Positions 50,801 through 64,000 of a stretch of DNA of 64,000 nt are shown here, one piece after another. Numbering within the stretch: position 1 is the first letter of the stretch; each line of letters opens with the position of its first letter. Location: NCBI GenBank assembly GCA_039621445.1, contig CP154954.1:18896642-18960641 (forward strand), written 5' to 3'. A model generated the notes under the pieces. That model was not told the origin of the DNA, did no database searches, and was given only the letters and a program-made list of their open reading frames with translations. The stretch comes from Euglena gracilis (Eukaryota). Both the position numbers and the translations under genes were made by a program.

Positions 50801-53800
50801 CACGGTGCTGATGTTGGACGAGGAGATTGAGTCCAAGGGGGAGCTGGTGTACGCCGTGCTGTTCGCCGACGTGGAAATGGCGAACAGCGGAAAAAATGGG
50901 AGTTCCTGCGGCAAAGAATGAGGAAGCTGAAGCTCGTCAGGAGCGGGAAGCTGACCGAGAAGTCCTGGGGGGAGTACTACGTGCACATGGCGACCATGCC
51001 GGGGCAACCGATGAGCCCTGACGAGGGCGTGCGCTCCATCGCCTATCACCCCACACACGATTAGAGCCCCGGCAAGTCCAAGGGACGACACGGGATCCCC
51101 ACACCTGTGCCCAGTATGATCCCATCCTATGTGACACCAAGTGCCTGGGCCTGAGCTGAGCTGCCCCCGGCCATGTGGCACCAGTCAGGGGGACCACCAC
51201 TCGAAGCCGTAAGGCAACCGGCAATTGGATCTCGGCTGGCATGCAAGCCCTCGGATCGATGTTTCCGGGGATGCCCACGTTCCCAGTGTTCCCTTCCGAA
51301 CCCACCGTCTTCACGTACCTCCGTTTGTGCTGTCTGCCGTGCCACCTTTGCCAGCGTCAACGCCTTCGCCGTCTCAGACTGAGTCGTCGTCCAGCCAGGT
51401 CGTAGCCGCACCGGTGGGAGTGCCGCCTCCACCGGTCCCCCAGCGAGCACCCGAGCAGAACCGCCGTGCATGCACACACCAGCACCCACCGTCGTCGGTC
51501 CGGCGTCACAATGTGCTGCTGCTGGTCTTCACTGATGATGAAGGAGAAAAGGAGGATAAAGTAGAAGATGAAGGGGATCAAAACCGCCAGGGAGAAGGTC
51601 CTCGTGAAGACAACGAAGTGTGGTTGGCGGCCCGGGACAAGAGTGAGATGTACGAAGTCGAGGAGAAGGAGGACGATGTCATGCAGGGCCGGGCTGGGCA
51701 CGGGCACAGGAAGGCCCGACAAGGCCCGCTCACTCTGCAGCTCCGGGACGCCTCACAGGTGGGGCACCTCGGACGAGACAATGAAGGATTGGATGGGAAC
51801 AGAAGGGATCAGCTGGGGGAGGGGTGTGGTCACTGGGAAAAGCTGAGGGGGTGGGGCCCCGGGTGGTAGCCAGGAGGTCGGGTCCCAGCGCTGGGGCTGC
51901 GCAAATTTCGGGAACGGGAGGGGGACTGGGGACGAGTCTCGAGGGCTATTCACTGAGGACTCGGATTGGAGGGGGATAAGTTGGAGTTAGCGTCGAGCTT
52001 GGACTGCAGGAAAATGGGATTGTGGGGATGGGAGTGCGGATGGTGCTGGTGATCGGGGTTATTTTTTTCCTGTTGTTAACTTGCGCTTCCCGAGGCCTAT
52101 CGGGAAAACTTGCGGTGGGGGCTACCACTTCAGAGTCCGCCGCAAGGGCTGGCACATTGTCTGTGTCCCGTTGGGCCGTAGCCTCTTCGTGTGTGGAGAA
52201 TTCTGGGGAGGTGTGCACGCTTACATTAAAAAACGAAGGCTCTCGAGAAAATGTCCTCCAAAGGAAAACGTTGATCGAACAAGCCTCTGCTACCAGTGTT
52301 CCCCTCTTGGCGGTTCGGTGACCGTGCGCGGAACGGGGCGGCGGGTGACGGAAAACAGTCACCCAGCTTTCCGGTATTTGGCACACGAGCCCAAAAATCC
52401 CTTTTTTTGTGGCTTTTGGTGCCTGCAATCAGCCAGAACTTGTGTTACAGCAGAAAAATGTTTCAAAAATTTGGGGGGGGGGCGCTTGTTTTGCCAAATC
52501 CTTGGGGATACCTCTGGAGCAATGGGGGTGGGAAGGAAAAACCATTTAAATAAAGGGTAGCGGGGGAGCGAACGGAACACATTCTTGAAGTCTTTGAATG
52601 CCTTGGCTTCTTGCCTGTTGGTTGGCTCGGCCCACTCCTTTTACAATGTATTTTCGCTTGAATTTGAATTGATGATTGACCTTCTCCATTTTGGCTTTGA
52701 CTTATCACTTTAATTGAACGTCTTGAGTTCACCATTTTTGCCCTGGGTCTTTAACGTGCACAATTCTTTAATAAAAAGATTGAAATAAAGAGAACCTGGG
52801 GGAAGTGTACACAGATAATAAAAAAGGTAGCGGAAGGAGGGGGGAAAGTTCGCTAATTCAGGTGTGCAGGCGCCAGGTCGCCTCCTGCCGCCGGCAGGTT
52901 TTCCTTGGAAGCGGTATGTTGAGACGTACTGTCTGAGAGGTTGGGACTACTTCAGGCAGTTGTGCTCTTCCAGCATTGGTCTTGGCATACAAGTGCACAC
53001 ATGTTTAGGTGATGTTAATCTGTCACGTGGTCTTGACTGTGAACTGTGGACAACATCCGCAAGTCAGTCCAACGTCAAATCTGATGGGCCATGGGACACA
53101 GGAATCCCGTATTGGAGGTTCTTCATGCCCGGGTTCGTCCTTAGCCGTTGTTTTCCCCCTACTGCTTTTCTGGAGGGGTCTCTCTGGCATGCAGCTCGGC
53201 TGCGGAACATGAGTCATATACATCCTGGCTGCACACCCCTGCGTCCTCCAGGCGGTAGGAGCCGGCACAAAATCCTCCCAGTGCAGGATTTCTTGAACTC
53301 CCCCAAGCTAGACCAACAGGAGAAGAAAGGGAAACCAAAGGCTAAGAACAAACACCAATTAAGCTCATGCATTGTTTGCTAGTTTCTGAAGGTGAGTGTT
53401 TTGGGAAGCGAGGTACCTCGCACTCCCCCGAGGCAAACCGAAGGGTGTGGAAGGGTCATAGAGGAGGAGGCACAATCACCAAGTGAGCCCACCCGACCCT
53501 GGCAGAAAACAAGACGATCCACGGGGGCTCTGGGAAGGGGTCTCATCCCCGGAATTGTCGACTCCGGAGCGATAGGCCAGCCCACTTTGCCAAAATAGCA
53601 GCAGTGAGGGGTCAAAGCCTGACCTTCGGCTCCACATTTCCCCCAAGTGAGGTCGACTGTAAACCACCCCTAATAATCAGACTGAAGGCCCCACACACCC
53701 CATGTGCCCAGGTAAATCTTTTGGTGGCCAAAAATTGACAATTCAGATGTTTTTTGGGGTCATCTTTACTCTGGGGACGGAGGCTCCACCTAACATTTTT

Positions 53801-55399
53801 TGTCGTGCCTCTAGTTTTCTTGGCCACCTAACCTCTTATAGTGGGAAAAATATTCTTCAACAGCTTTCCACTGCCCAGTTTCACATATTTTTCTGAGCTC
53901 AACCCCAGTTATTCTCGTCACTTTAACTCCTGTCCCTGGTGGAATGCGGCTCGAATACGACAATGAACTCCAAAGGGCACTGAATTATTTTGGTTAACGA
54001 CGACAAAGAGTCTGCCCTGATTCCACTGAAGGCGGCTTGGAGGGTCAAAAAGAACAGCTCTCCTTGGGATGAAATAGTGGTTGTGAGAGAGACGTTCTCC
54101 CGCAACACGTGCAATGGTGAGATTTGAGCAATTTTTGGAAAAAACCTCAGTCTTTTCTCCTTTCTGCTGTTTGACCATTTCTCCTTATCTTTACATAGTG
54201 AATCGAACATAATAATTTTGCAATCCTTTTCATTTGTGCTAAACCAGAAGATTTGAGCAACATAAAGTGTCTAAACGCCGGGAGCAAATGCAAACGTAAC
54301 TCTGACAGGTTGTGATCAAGTGTGGTAAAGGAAAATGAGGCCAGATGTCTCCGAAAGCAGAGGCCAGGAATACAATAAAGCGCCATGTTTCTGAATATTT
54401 TTGTTCCACGCTTTTTTCTTTAAGGGTTCGAAGGGGATGAAATTTAAACTTCTCCCTAACTCCTGGCAGAAGTCACACCAGCTGAGTACCCTAAACCATT
54501 CTATTTGGTTAATGGCCGGGCTCCTTCGGAACCAATTTGGGCGGGAGAACAATTAGCGTGGTTACCTTGAACATTATAAAATTTGGCTTGCCAGTTTTGA
54601 ATAGACCTGAGATCTTTACCCTGCACGGTTTGGACTGTAAAACCGAAAAGTGGCTCGGAATCTAGGCAGAGGCGGAGTGTTTGGGTGCAATTTTTGATGC
54701 GTTTTGTCGTCATGTTTAGCTCAAAATAGTACCTTTGGGTCTGGGAGGCAAAAGAACATCGTTTTAGGCAGTTTTTGTCTTCAGATTTATCTCGAGTTTT
54801 TTTCGACCTGCTTTTGACATCAAACCCATGAGTTTCAAGCCAAAACGGGGGGGCCAAGTTGGTGGAAAAGCTCGTCTTCGGCTCAAAAAACAGTTTTTTT
54901 CTGGGTTGGAGAGGCCGAAAAACATGGTATTGGACAAAAATGTGTTCAACTTTTTTTGACTTCTTGACCAAAAGCTGGCGTAAAAAGGCAACGTCAAAGC
55001 AAGCCAACGCTGAACAGAACGGCCGAGAGTGGCCAAAAAGAGCAAAATTGGCCAAAATTGCCGTACCTTGGACTGGGCGAGGAGCTGCAAAGCAATCTCA
55101 ATTATGTTAGATAGGACATTTTAATGGCTTCATTTTGAGGTCTGCGGACATTTCCTTTGATTCCTAACCACTTTTGAGAAGTTTTTGAAAACGGATTTCT
55201 TGAACCAAAAAAAGGACAAAAGATGGCTAGGTCGCAGGCTGGCCGCGCTTTTTTGGGCAATAAATCGGCCAGGTTCCGAGGTAGGCTGGGGATTGTCGGG
55301 AACACAAAATTCGGATAAATTGGGCGTTCCAAGGGCTTTTGCGGACATTTCCTAGGATTTTGCTTCATTTTTTTGATAATTTAAAAAAACGATTTTTTG

Positions 55400-57900
55400 T
55401 CCCTGGAAAAAACTCCAAGACGGCCCCATAGTTAGGCAACATTTGGCCAAACATGGCCGTACGTCGGGTTAAACGAAGGGTTGAGGGAACCGTAAAGCAT
55501 GGTTTGATAGAGCGTTCCAAGTTCTTCATTTTTGCTGTCTGGACAGCATGGTGCTGACTGCCCAAAAGGTGACCACCATCAAAACTTTTCCTTTGGGAAA
55601 AAGCTGTAGCCTGGCAGGAAATTAGTGAATGTTGAACCACGTGAGGTTAGCATACAACTTCCCGAGGCTTTCTAGATGGCACCGTAGAGCACATGTTACC
55701 TTTGCCTCCCAATGTTGCCATCTGGACGTAAAATTTGCAAGGTTTTGTTTCCTGGGGCGGCAGAAGGACCTGTTTGGAATGTGATGAAGGGTTGGAAATC
55801 TTTTCCAGGATGATGAATCATTTTTTTGTCCAAGGTGTAATCCCCCGCTGTCCTGTCCCCGTCTGCTGAGGGGGTCTGCCAGGTTTTGGCTGGAGGGGAC
55901 CCATTTTACCTCCAGGGTGTCATTTTTAAGGTCAGCCAATGAAAAAGTGGTTGAAAAACTCCGTTGAAAGGGTTCTTTACCCTCCTTTTGCTCAGAAATA
56001 AATAATTTCCTGATTGTGCACACATGCAAACTCCTGTGGTTTGCTTTGTAAGGAAATGAGTACGTGAGTGTTTGCTTTGTGAGTAAAATGAGTACGGTGC
56101 GGTGATGAGTACGTCCTACAGATATACATACACCTTAATTTCCCTTTCATGCCATCCTTCTTTGAATGCACCGTTAGGCGCTGAAAACCATGAGACATGA
56201 CGGGAAACTGGGATTATGTTTCACCCAAAGGGGGCTGCTTGTGACTGCCACACCTGGTCCCACCTTGTGCCTGAAAAAAAGCTTTAGGGTGTTGTTCAGT
56301 GGTACATTAGCGTATGCATGTTTTACATTAATGTTTGTCCCCAAGTGACCCTTTTTGAAGGAGAGTGGATGCCTCGCATGTGGTCTCGGTAAAGATTTTA
56401 CAAGGAAATATGTGTTTATTTCTCTGCAGTTTGAAATAGAACTCCATTTTGAGTCTGTGAGGTTTTTTTAAGGCAAAACGTCATTTTCTGTTATCTGAGA
56501 GTTCCTGATTTGACACCAGGAAGCAGGGAAGCAGAGGGGCTGTAAACACACTCCTTTTTTTTGATTCTTTCAGAATCTTTTAGGCCCGCTCCAAATTGGA
56601 GCCCTGTGTGCCTGTCACAGACAAAGTTAATGACACTGGGGAACGATCCCGTCCCTGATCAACTTAACGTTGTGAGGGCTGGTATGCTTTCCCCACCATG
56701 GCAAAAAGAGCCTTAATCTCTGTGGGAGAGCTGTGTCCCCACAAGCCATTTCTGCTAGATTCGCCCTTTCCTTAATTGGAATCCTGGGGGTGTTGCCAGA
56801 CCTGGGATCCCTTGGGCCTGTGGGGCTGGCTAGTCTACTTAGTGGGCCTGCCGTTGGGTCTCTGCTGCAGCCCACCTTGGACGCTGAGCAGGTGTGGCAA
56901 TGGGGTTTTCCACTTCCCTCCTGATGAGACAGCTGGGCAGGGATTGCCTCTGCCCTTGCCTTTTCCTGCGTGCTTCGGGCCTTTTCCCGGACCATCCTCC
57001 ACCTTTTCCTTTTCTATACTTCTTGAACTTGAATATATCGGTTGGGGAAAGTAAAATAAACGACATTCCCTTGTGGGAAGGGTCAGTGATGGAGGTGGAA
57101 GATTTGGAAAAAGCTCCAGGGAAGAACTACGTTTGGCTTTGTTGAGCTTCTCCACCTCATTCTGGATCTTTAGATCCTCTGATGAACACAACTTCTGTTC
57201 CATCTGTTCCTCCGAGTGTGAAAGGTAAGCCTTTTGCTCTCCTCGACCAACCATCTGCCCAGTTCCAAAAGATGCCAAATCAACACCACCGTGCCAGCTT
57301 GCATTCCTTCGTCTATCATTGCATACATCATAGTAAATTTAGAATTATTTGCTGGCTTGACGTCAGCAGCTTGTCCAGCTTGGACGCGGAGCCCTGCCGG
57401 TGGATGTTGACCTCCGGCTTGTCCTTCGGGCCTTGGAAATCGGGTAAACCTTCGAACAATGAACTGATATCCAAATTAAAAGAGTCCAATTCACGCCAGA
57501 GCATTACCTTCTCTATCTCCAGGTTCGCGTGCAGGCTGTGGCAGGTTGTCTCCCAATCAACGGGTTCTTCACCCTCCTACTGTTATTCCTCGTTCGTCTT
57601 CCTGCGCTCGGCCGTTCGCGTCCAACGTCACCGCCATCGTGTCTCGAAGTTCACCAGTGTCGGCGGGGTACTTCCTGATACCCGTATCCTGGTGCCAGGT
57701 TTTACATTGTTGAAGGAAACTCAGGCCTCCTTGTCTCTTAACTCGAAAGACGATCCAGTCTCCTCCTCGAATGCAGGGGCTACTGAGAAGGGAAAGACTC
57801 GTTGGACAGCTTGTTATATGCGGCCATCATGGCCGCTCCGCGTAGCTGCTCCACGGCTTCATCCAAAGCAGGACGATGACCAGTGTTGGTGAGATTGGTT
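55400..57900 (-). mobile_element. Second, more decayed DIRS-like retroelement
   Basis: RT remnants NCREIN..KGHLGTNINVKHAYANVP..APFG*NIIP (~56210-56450), VYVYL*DVL (~56110-56135), KWVPSSQNLADPLSR, NFTSRW and LYANLTW, collinear with the 38.4-42.6 kb element. Confidence 0.75.
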
Positions 57901-58660
57901 GATGCGAGACCGGGCTCGTTACCTGGCTGATCTATTTCAGCCGCACATACACTGGGGCAACACCCAAAGAGCTTTGGCCCGGAGCTCGTGACAACGTTTT
58001 TTTCAGGCCACCAAAAGGGCACCGACTGCTCCCCGCGACAGAAATATACCATCGTAGATGGATTGTATCTCCGCCGCGTCCGCACTCGTGATGATTTCGA
58101 CCAGTACTTCTTCCACCATGGAGCAGTAAGGACAGTCAACTTCATCAAAATAGGCACTAAAGGGGAAAAAGCTTAACCTTTCCAAAACATTCACCTTCAA
58201 AAAGCCGGCAAACAAGGCATGGCCTTACTTTTGGGCAGTTCAAAGCCCGAGGTGTCCCCATTTTGCTGTCCATGTGGCTCCCACATCTAGGTTTTGGTGT
58301 TTTTCCAACCATGACGCACGTTCATCCAGTGCTTGTCCTAACCATCTGCTCGGGGATAACCCTAGCGCTATCCAGAGCTGCTTCTTCATGCAGGCAAAGG
58401 CTGAAGTCTGCAAGTCAGGTGTTCAATGTTTAAAACAACCAACCAGACCTGATGGGCTCAATATAAGGATTGGAAATTGTATTCAGAATCCGGAACCATG
58501 GCCCATAATATGGCTTCACCACAGGGCTTTGCTCTGCTTTCTGGATCAAAAAAAGCAATTTTCTGTTTTGTTTAATTTTTCTGGCCTTGTTAAGATTTTT
58601 TCGAAGTGCATACAGGTGGTCTGAATAAGAAAGGCGACTAATAGCTCGGACGCCGACATA

Positions 58661-59095
58661 GTGTATGTAGGTTGGGCCACCTTCCGTTGGACGGCCACCA
58701 GTCGGAAGCTTGTACTGAAACTTGCACTGTCGGAGGCTTATACGCCGTGGCACGTCATCAGACGGGGAATTACACACAAGGTCCGGACAACGAGGTTCCA
58801 CATCCTTGCGTGTTGTTTAACTTGCCCGTCGATCCCCGCAGTATGCTCTCTGCCCGTACAGGATCGACCAGGACTCACACGGCGGACCTGGGTTTCGAAC
58901 CCACGACGTCCCGCGTGTGAGCCCAGCACCTTACCGAATAAGATACTCGACGGATACTTGCTTGGTGCTACGCGTTAGCTACCTACCGTCGTAGGCTGTC
59001 CCGTCTCTGCACACACTCCCCTCCCAAAGGCCTTACCACACTAGCCCGCTGTGTCACCGTGGCCGTGGCCCCTACACCTTGGGGAATGCATCACA
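58661..59095 (+). mobile_element. LTR-like repeat related to 44924-45120
   Basis: Shared GTGTA(C/T)GTAGGT..GCCACC..TTGGACG..CGGAAGCTT(A/G)TACTG and GTCGATCC..GTATGCTCTCTGCC..CAGGACTCACACGG. The right boundary is uncertain. Confidence 0.55.
58876..58953 (-). pseudogene. tRNA-derived (Val-CAC-like) degenerate sequence or SINE head
   Basis: Reverse complement has a D-arm-like TCTT..AAGG, a CTCACAC loop and a T-arm/B-box GTGGGTTCGAAACCCA. The acceptor and anticodon stems are broken. Confidence 0.5.
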
Positions 59096-59855
59096 CGGCC
59101 GTAGTTGGCTAGTGCCTCTCACGAGTACTGCGTTACCAGGCTGTCGACTTCTGCAGCTCGGGTTGGCAGTTTGCATGTTTTCGTCTTCCACGTGCTCTGT
59201 CTTGGAGCATCCTCCTTCGCGTTCTCCTTCGGCTTGAAACTTTGGAACGGGTTTTCAGTCGCCCTATACTCGGTGCGTTCGCCTCCGCCTTCCGGGCGCC
59301 ATGGGGTCCGGCTCTGATCTCCAGTTCGTGTGGCATTGGACAGGTTCCCTCTTTTACCAAGTATACTTCTTCCCCTGTCCCCAAAAAAGCCTCTCTTTCA
59401 CCTTAGGTGGGTAACACATTGTTTCAGCGAAAATAAGAGTATAAAACATTTTGTCAACGAAGCGAAGCACAGAGAGAAGAGGGGGAAAGGATAACAGACT
59501 GTTATAAGTCCGAGGAAGGACAGCAAAATAATATAAAAGAATGCCACTTGTGGAAGGAGAAAGGGAACCGGTTTGGAAATCGTAATAAGATCTGCTAGCA
59601 TGCCAGATTCCTCATCGCAAGAGCAGAGAGCACATGCCTGGTACACACAGATATTTACGTCCAGAGGCGGACGTGACCTCCAGGCCGACAGGAGAAAGCC
59701 CGGCCTCGCGCCCACAGGCATAATTTTTTTTTATGCCACGGTGGCGAAAACCTCCGCTTCTTTCATAGGGCCGCGGCTGAGCAGGGCGGCGTCCAAAAAA
59801 GCAGAAAGTGCCAGTGATTGCTACAGTTATCACCTTTTCAATTTCCGGCGCCGAA

Positions 59856-59857
<2 letters not shown>

Positions 59858-59941
<84 letters not shown>

Positions 59942-60245
59942 CTATATATATATCTCTCTCTATCTCTCTATATGTCTATATATGTATATCTATATATCTC
60001 TATATATGTATATATACATGCATTTCCAATGTATACATATCTATATTATCTATGATATAGCTCTCTATATTATATATTATATATATTCTATATATATATA
60101 AATTGTCTTATATTTATCTTTTTTTCTCCCTCTCTCTTCTATTACGTCTATATATATTATATATATGTACGTATATTACATGTACATATCTATATATACA
60201 TATATATACATATATATATATACATATATGCATATATGTATATAT

Positions 60246-60276
<31 letters not shown>

Positions 60277-60706
60277 TATCTATGTATATATACATATATA
60301 TTATATATATATATATATATTATATATATACATATATGTTGGACATATATATACACACACACACATATATATATATACATATATTTATATATACACACAC
60401 ATATATATATATGTATATATATGTATATATATATGTATACATGTATATATATGTATATATATTTGTATATATATATATGTATATATATGTATATATACAT
60501 ATTTATCCATATATGTCTATACATATAGATATCTATATTATATAATATATATACATATATATATACATATATATACATATATATATCTATGTATATCTCT
60601 ATCTATGTCTATCTCTGTCTATCTCTATATGTCTCTCTATCTATCTCTCTATCTCTCCTCTCTCTATCTATCTCTCTCTATATCTCTCTCTCTCTCTATC
60701 TCTCTC

Positions 60707-60795
<89 letters not shown>

Positions 60796-60992
60796 GTCTC
60801 TCTCTCTCTCTCCTTCTCTCTCTTCTGTCTCTCTTTCTCTCTCTCCCTCTCTTCTCCTCTCTCTCTCCCTCTCTCTACTCTCTCTCTCTCCCTTCTCTCC
60901 TCTCTCTGTCTCTCCCTCTCTCTCTCCTCTCTCTCCTCTCTCTCCCTCTCTTCTCTCTCTCTCTCTATATATATACATATATATATATCTCC

Positions 60993-61087
<95 letters not shown>

Positions 61088-61105
61088 TCTCTCTATCTCT
61101 CTATG
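59858..61105. repeat. (TA)n-rich then (CT)n microsatellite tract
   Basis: Directly visible. Confidence 0.95.
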
Positions 61106-63721
61106 TCCAACAACCAACCGTCCCCCCGCCAGGCGATGGGAGGTGTCCTTTCCCCCCCCCCCCTCGTTGGGGGTTTGAAAGAGATTGCTGGCTCGGAAAG
61201 AGTGACTCCGCCAGGGTCTGAGTGGAGACATTTTTTTCACAGAGGGAAACGAACCAACCTTCACGAAAAGTTTTTACGACAACGTAAATGAGCGTGGGGG
61301 ACAAAAAATGTTCAAGTTTTCTGAAATTTTCCTAAGTTTTTCTTATGCACTGTCTGAGGCAATACGACGAAGACTGAGATGACATCCAGTTTGTTGGGTG
61401 AAAGAGCGGTGGGGTCCCTGCGTTCAAGAACTCACGTGCAGCGAGTAATAATTTTGGAAGCATGGCACGAATTACTCAGAAACCAGCCGGGTGGTCCTCG
61501 TCGGGGATGGTAGGCTGCAAAGGAACCGCCACACAGGCTCATTAAATAACACGCTTTGACGTTTATGTTGAGTTTTTATTATTATAAAAACACATACGAT
61601 TGTTCTTTTTCCATTCAAAAGGAGGGGCCTGTTCTCAAAACCCACTGTTTGAGAACTGTCGGCTGTGTTATTGCGCAGTTATGGATTGAATTGCGCAGCG
61701 GGGAGATAAAAAAAATTCACGAACTTGCCTCCGAAACACCATTCCTTGTCACTTCATTGACAGAGTATTAATCATCACCTTTAGGCTCACCCGAGGGCCT
61801 GCAAAACAACGGGGCAGAAAAGGGGTCCAAAACCTACAACAACCTTCTACCGATTCTGATGAATCTGATGATTCGACGTTCACTTCTCCTCAGCATTTGA
61901 TTTTGCACGCTTCACTGCACTGCGTGGAAAGACGGAAGGAAGAAACGGAGCGCTTTGCACACCTCTAGGGGACGGCTGGCTACTTCCGTCATCAGAGTCC
62001 CATGGGCGGCGTCGCCTGCTTGCTATCGGGGGATCGGATTCCGCATCACTGTCGACGTTCACCATGTCACCCAGGGTGCCATCGAGGTCCACATAGGAAG
62101 TCGAGGAGACACTGCTGCAGTCATCTTCTGCCGTCGAGGTCTGCATGCCCAGAGCCCATGAATTCTGACGAGGTGGTTCAGGTTGTCCGGCCGCAGCTAT
62201 TTTTGTACTCAGTGAACGTTCATCCTCGTCACGGCCCATTGTACCACTTCTCTTCTGCCCCAATCTGGGCTTTCTATTCTTGTGTCTAGGACCTCCACTT
62301 CCCGCAGTGCCTTTTGCAGGGGAAATGGGCTGGGGCTCGGGCTGTCTTTTGCAGGCGATCAGAGACACCTTCTTGATGTTTCTTGATCTATGACTTCAGC
62401 ATTTGGAGAGCCTGAGGAATGTTGAGAGTGAACATGTGAAAAAAGGAGAGTGTCCTTACCTTCAACTGGACCAAAAAGTTCCAAGCTCGATAGGTAACCA
62501 GGATGGTCTCTCTGAAGACAGGGAATGAGCTGTGGAGAGCAGGAAAGACAGCAACACACCAGTCCTCCTCACTGCCACAAATAAAATTCTGCTGCGTTCC
62601 TTCTGTCGCTCCTTCAGGTTCGGTCACAGCTTCCCCTTGAAAAAGAAGAAAACCGGAAGGAGATTGCCGTAGAAAGTCGCAAACAAAAAAGTACGCCCGG
62701 TTTAAGTCGCCAAGCATTCTGCGATAGAACGCGACGAGAAGGAAGAGGTTTCGCTCGGGCTTTTCAGACTTTTCGGCCGTGCTCTTTACTCAGACACCTC
62801 GGGCTCCGCACTTTGCCCTTGTGAGGCCATGCCTTGTTCGCTGGATCAAAAGTTCCTCGGATCCCCTTCCTCCCCTGTCGGTTTGCCTCGAGGGAGTGCG
62901 GCATCCCTGAATGCGACTTTGTTCGCGTTTGAAGTGCTTTTGGAATTGTGTTCAGGTGGACTCTTTTTTATTGATGACGCAAGGTGTGAGGCCGGCTCGC
63001 CGCCTCACAAGGTCTTTGTTCTTCGCCCTCGGTGTCCCTTCCTCCCTGGTCGGTTTGCCTCGAGGGAGTGTGAAACAGCACGCTAAACAGAGACCATTAA
63101 AAATTTTGAGACAGTCTGCGAGGGGTATCGAGAGCGTCCTCGACAGAGTTAAAGGTCGCCCGCAAGGGATCGAGGGCGTCGTGCGCTGTCCCTGGGCTTC
63201 GAATTGCACCCCCCCCCCCCGGTCCTGTTTCTGTAAAAGCCTGAAAAAGATGTCCGCCCCACCATTGAGTACTCCCGGGAAGTCTGACCAGGGAGGAAGT
63301 GACCATGAGGGCGGAGCACAAGAGGGGGGTGAGATCCTGCTTTGAGTGCCCGATGTTTTGTTGTGTTTGTGTTCTTCTTGGCGGGGTGCTTCTTACTGCG
63401 AATTTGGTGCCGGAGTCGGCGGTGATGTGCTCTTCGACACCGACTTGGCGAAGGTGAACCTCAGTGGCTCCCCGTCCCTTCGATGTATGTGGGTCCGTTT
63501 CCGCCACCCCCCCCCTCCCCTGATGGGGATGCTTTCCTTTTTCGGGTGGGTGTGGTGGGCTCACCCCCCTCTTGTGCTCTGCCCTCATGATCACTTCCTC
63601 CCTGGTCAGACTTCACGGGAGTACTCGACCATTCGGGCTCCGCACACTCTGGGGGTGAGACTTTGTGCACGACCCCTTTTTCAATTTTTTTCTTGCTGAA
63701 TCCACCGCCCCCAATCGTAAG

Positions 63722-63940
63722 TAAACCGCCCCAATAGCACCCCCCCCCCAAATAACACCCCCCCCCCAAATAACCCCCCCGCCTCGGGGGCCGATTTCGA
63801 GCGCCAAAATAACACACCCCCCTGTTTTCCTTTGGTTTTCCATGTAATAATAACACCCCCCCAAATAACACCCCCCCCCTGGGGCCCCAGTTCGGGTGCC
63901 CAAATAACACACCGGGGGGGTGTTATTTGGGGGGGGTTTA
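63722..63940. mobile_element. TA-flanked MITE, inverted copy of 34939-35165
   Basis: Shares GGGCACCCGAACTGGGGCCCCAG and CATGGAAAACCAAAGGAAAACAG in reverse complement. Confidence 0.85.
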
Positions 63941-64000
63941 ATGTGCTGAAAAAGCTGTGGTTTTTTTCCTTTGACCAAGTTCGCACACCTCCTCACTGGA

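Larger units (their letters stand above)
44924..51950 (-). mobile_element. Rearranged Gypsy-like LTR retrotransposon carrying a C5-DNA methyltransferase
   Basis: GC-rich block. Minus strand: gag-like (48.3-49.35 kb), C5-MTase (47.3-47.88 kb), protease (VILING..ALTETGAQTSV, ~46865-46945), linker PPRGQHGMAVVCLKPKAQP, and RT (FSTIDLRDAFHQVPL..LQGINVGPA..LYFDDIIV, ~45700-45960). A gag-like piece (PGNPEDWPQWRRQ) lies on the plus strand at 49.35-50.95 kb. Boundaries are approximate. Confidence 0.8.

Noticed and set aside
51480-51870. Possible chromodomain (EMYEVEE) in the Gypsy-like block
   Set aside because: No downstream Y.V.W.G/W motifs in a consistent frame.
58876-58953. Functional tRNA-Val gene
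   Set aside because: The acceptor and anticodon stems do not pair, so it is kept only as a tRNA-derived remnant.
59818-61291. Long YI/SL/ER-repeat ORFs (also at 26.8-27.6 kb and 36.5-37.3 kb)
   Set aside because: Microsatellite read-through.
61300-62720. Acidic ORF 61880-62368 (-) as a transposase N-terminus
   Set aside because: No catalytic motifs could be recognised.

Overview
Eukaryotic, intron- and repeat-rich genomic DNA, almost certainly from a euglenid (Euglena-like), judged by its many non-GT-AG stem-forming 'nonconventional' introns. About 4.1-32.6 kb (+) is one C2-domain, two-HKD phospholipase D gene that I rebuilt by hand as 28 exons (~776 aa): 16 GT-AG, 1 GC-AG and 10 nonconventional introns, with probable extra 5' exons upstream. 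Its introns are full of MITEs. Some have CAG...CTG termini and 8-bp target-site duplications (hAT-like), which matches the 3+5 nt geometry of the nonconventional introns. One intron holds a 2-kb foldback Tc1/IS630 (DD37E-spaced) element whose transposase is split by a nonconventional intron in the catalytic Glu codon. About 33-64 kb is intergenic: microsatellites, two degenerate DIRS-like retroelements with adenine-MTase-like domains, and a rearranged Gypsy-like LTR retroelement carrying a DNA cytosine-5 methyltransferase between gag and protease. All calls come from manual reading, with no database search or RNA evidence.
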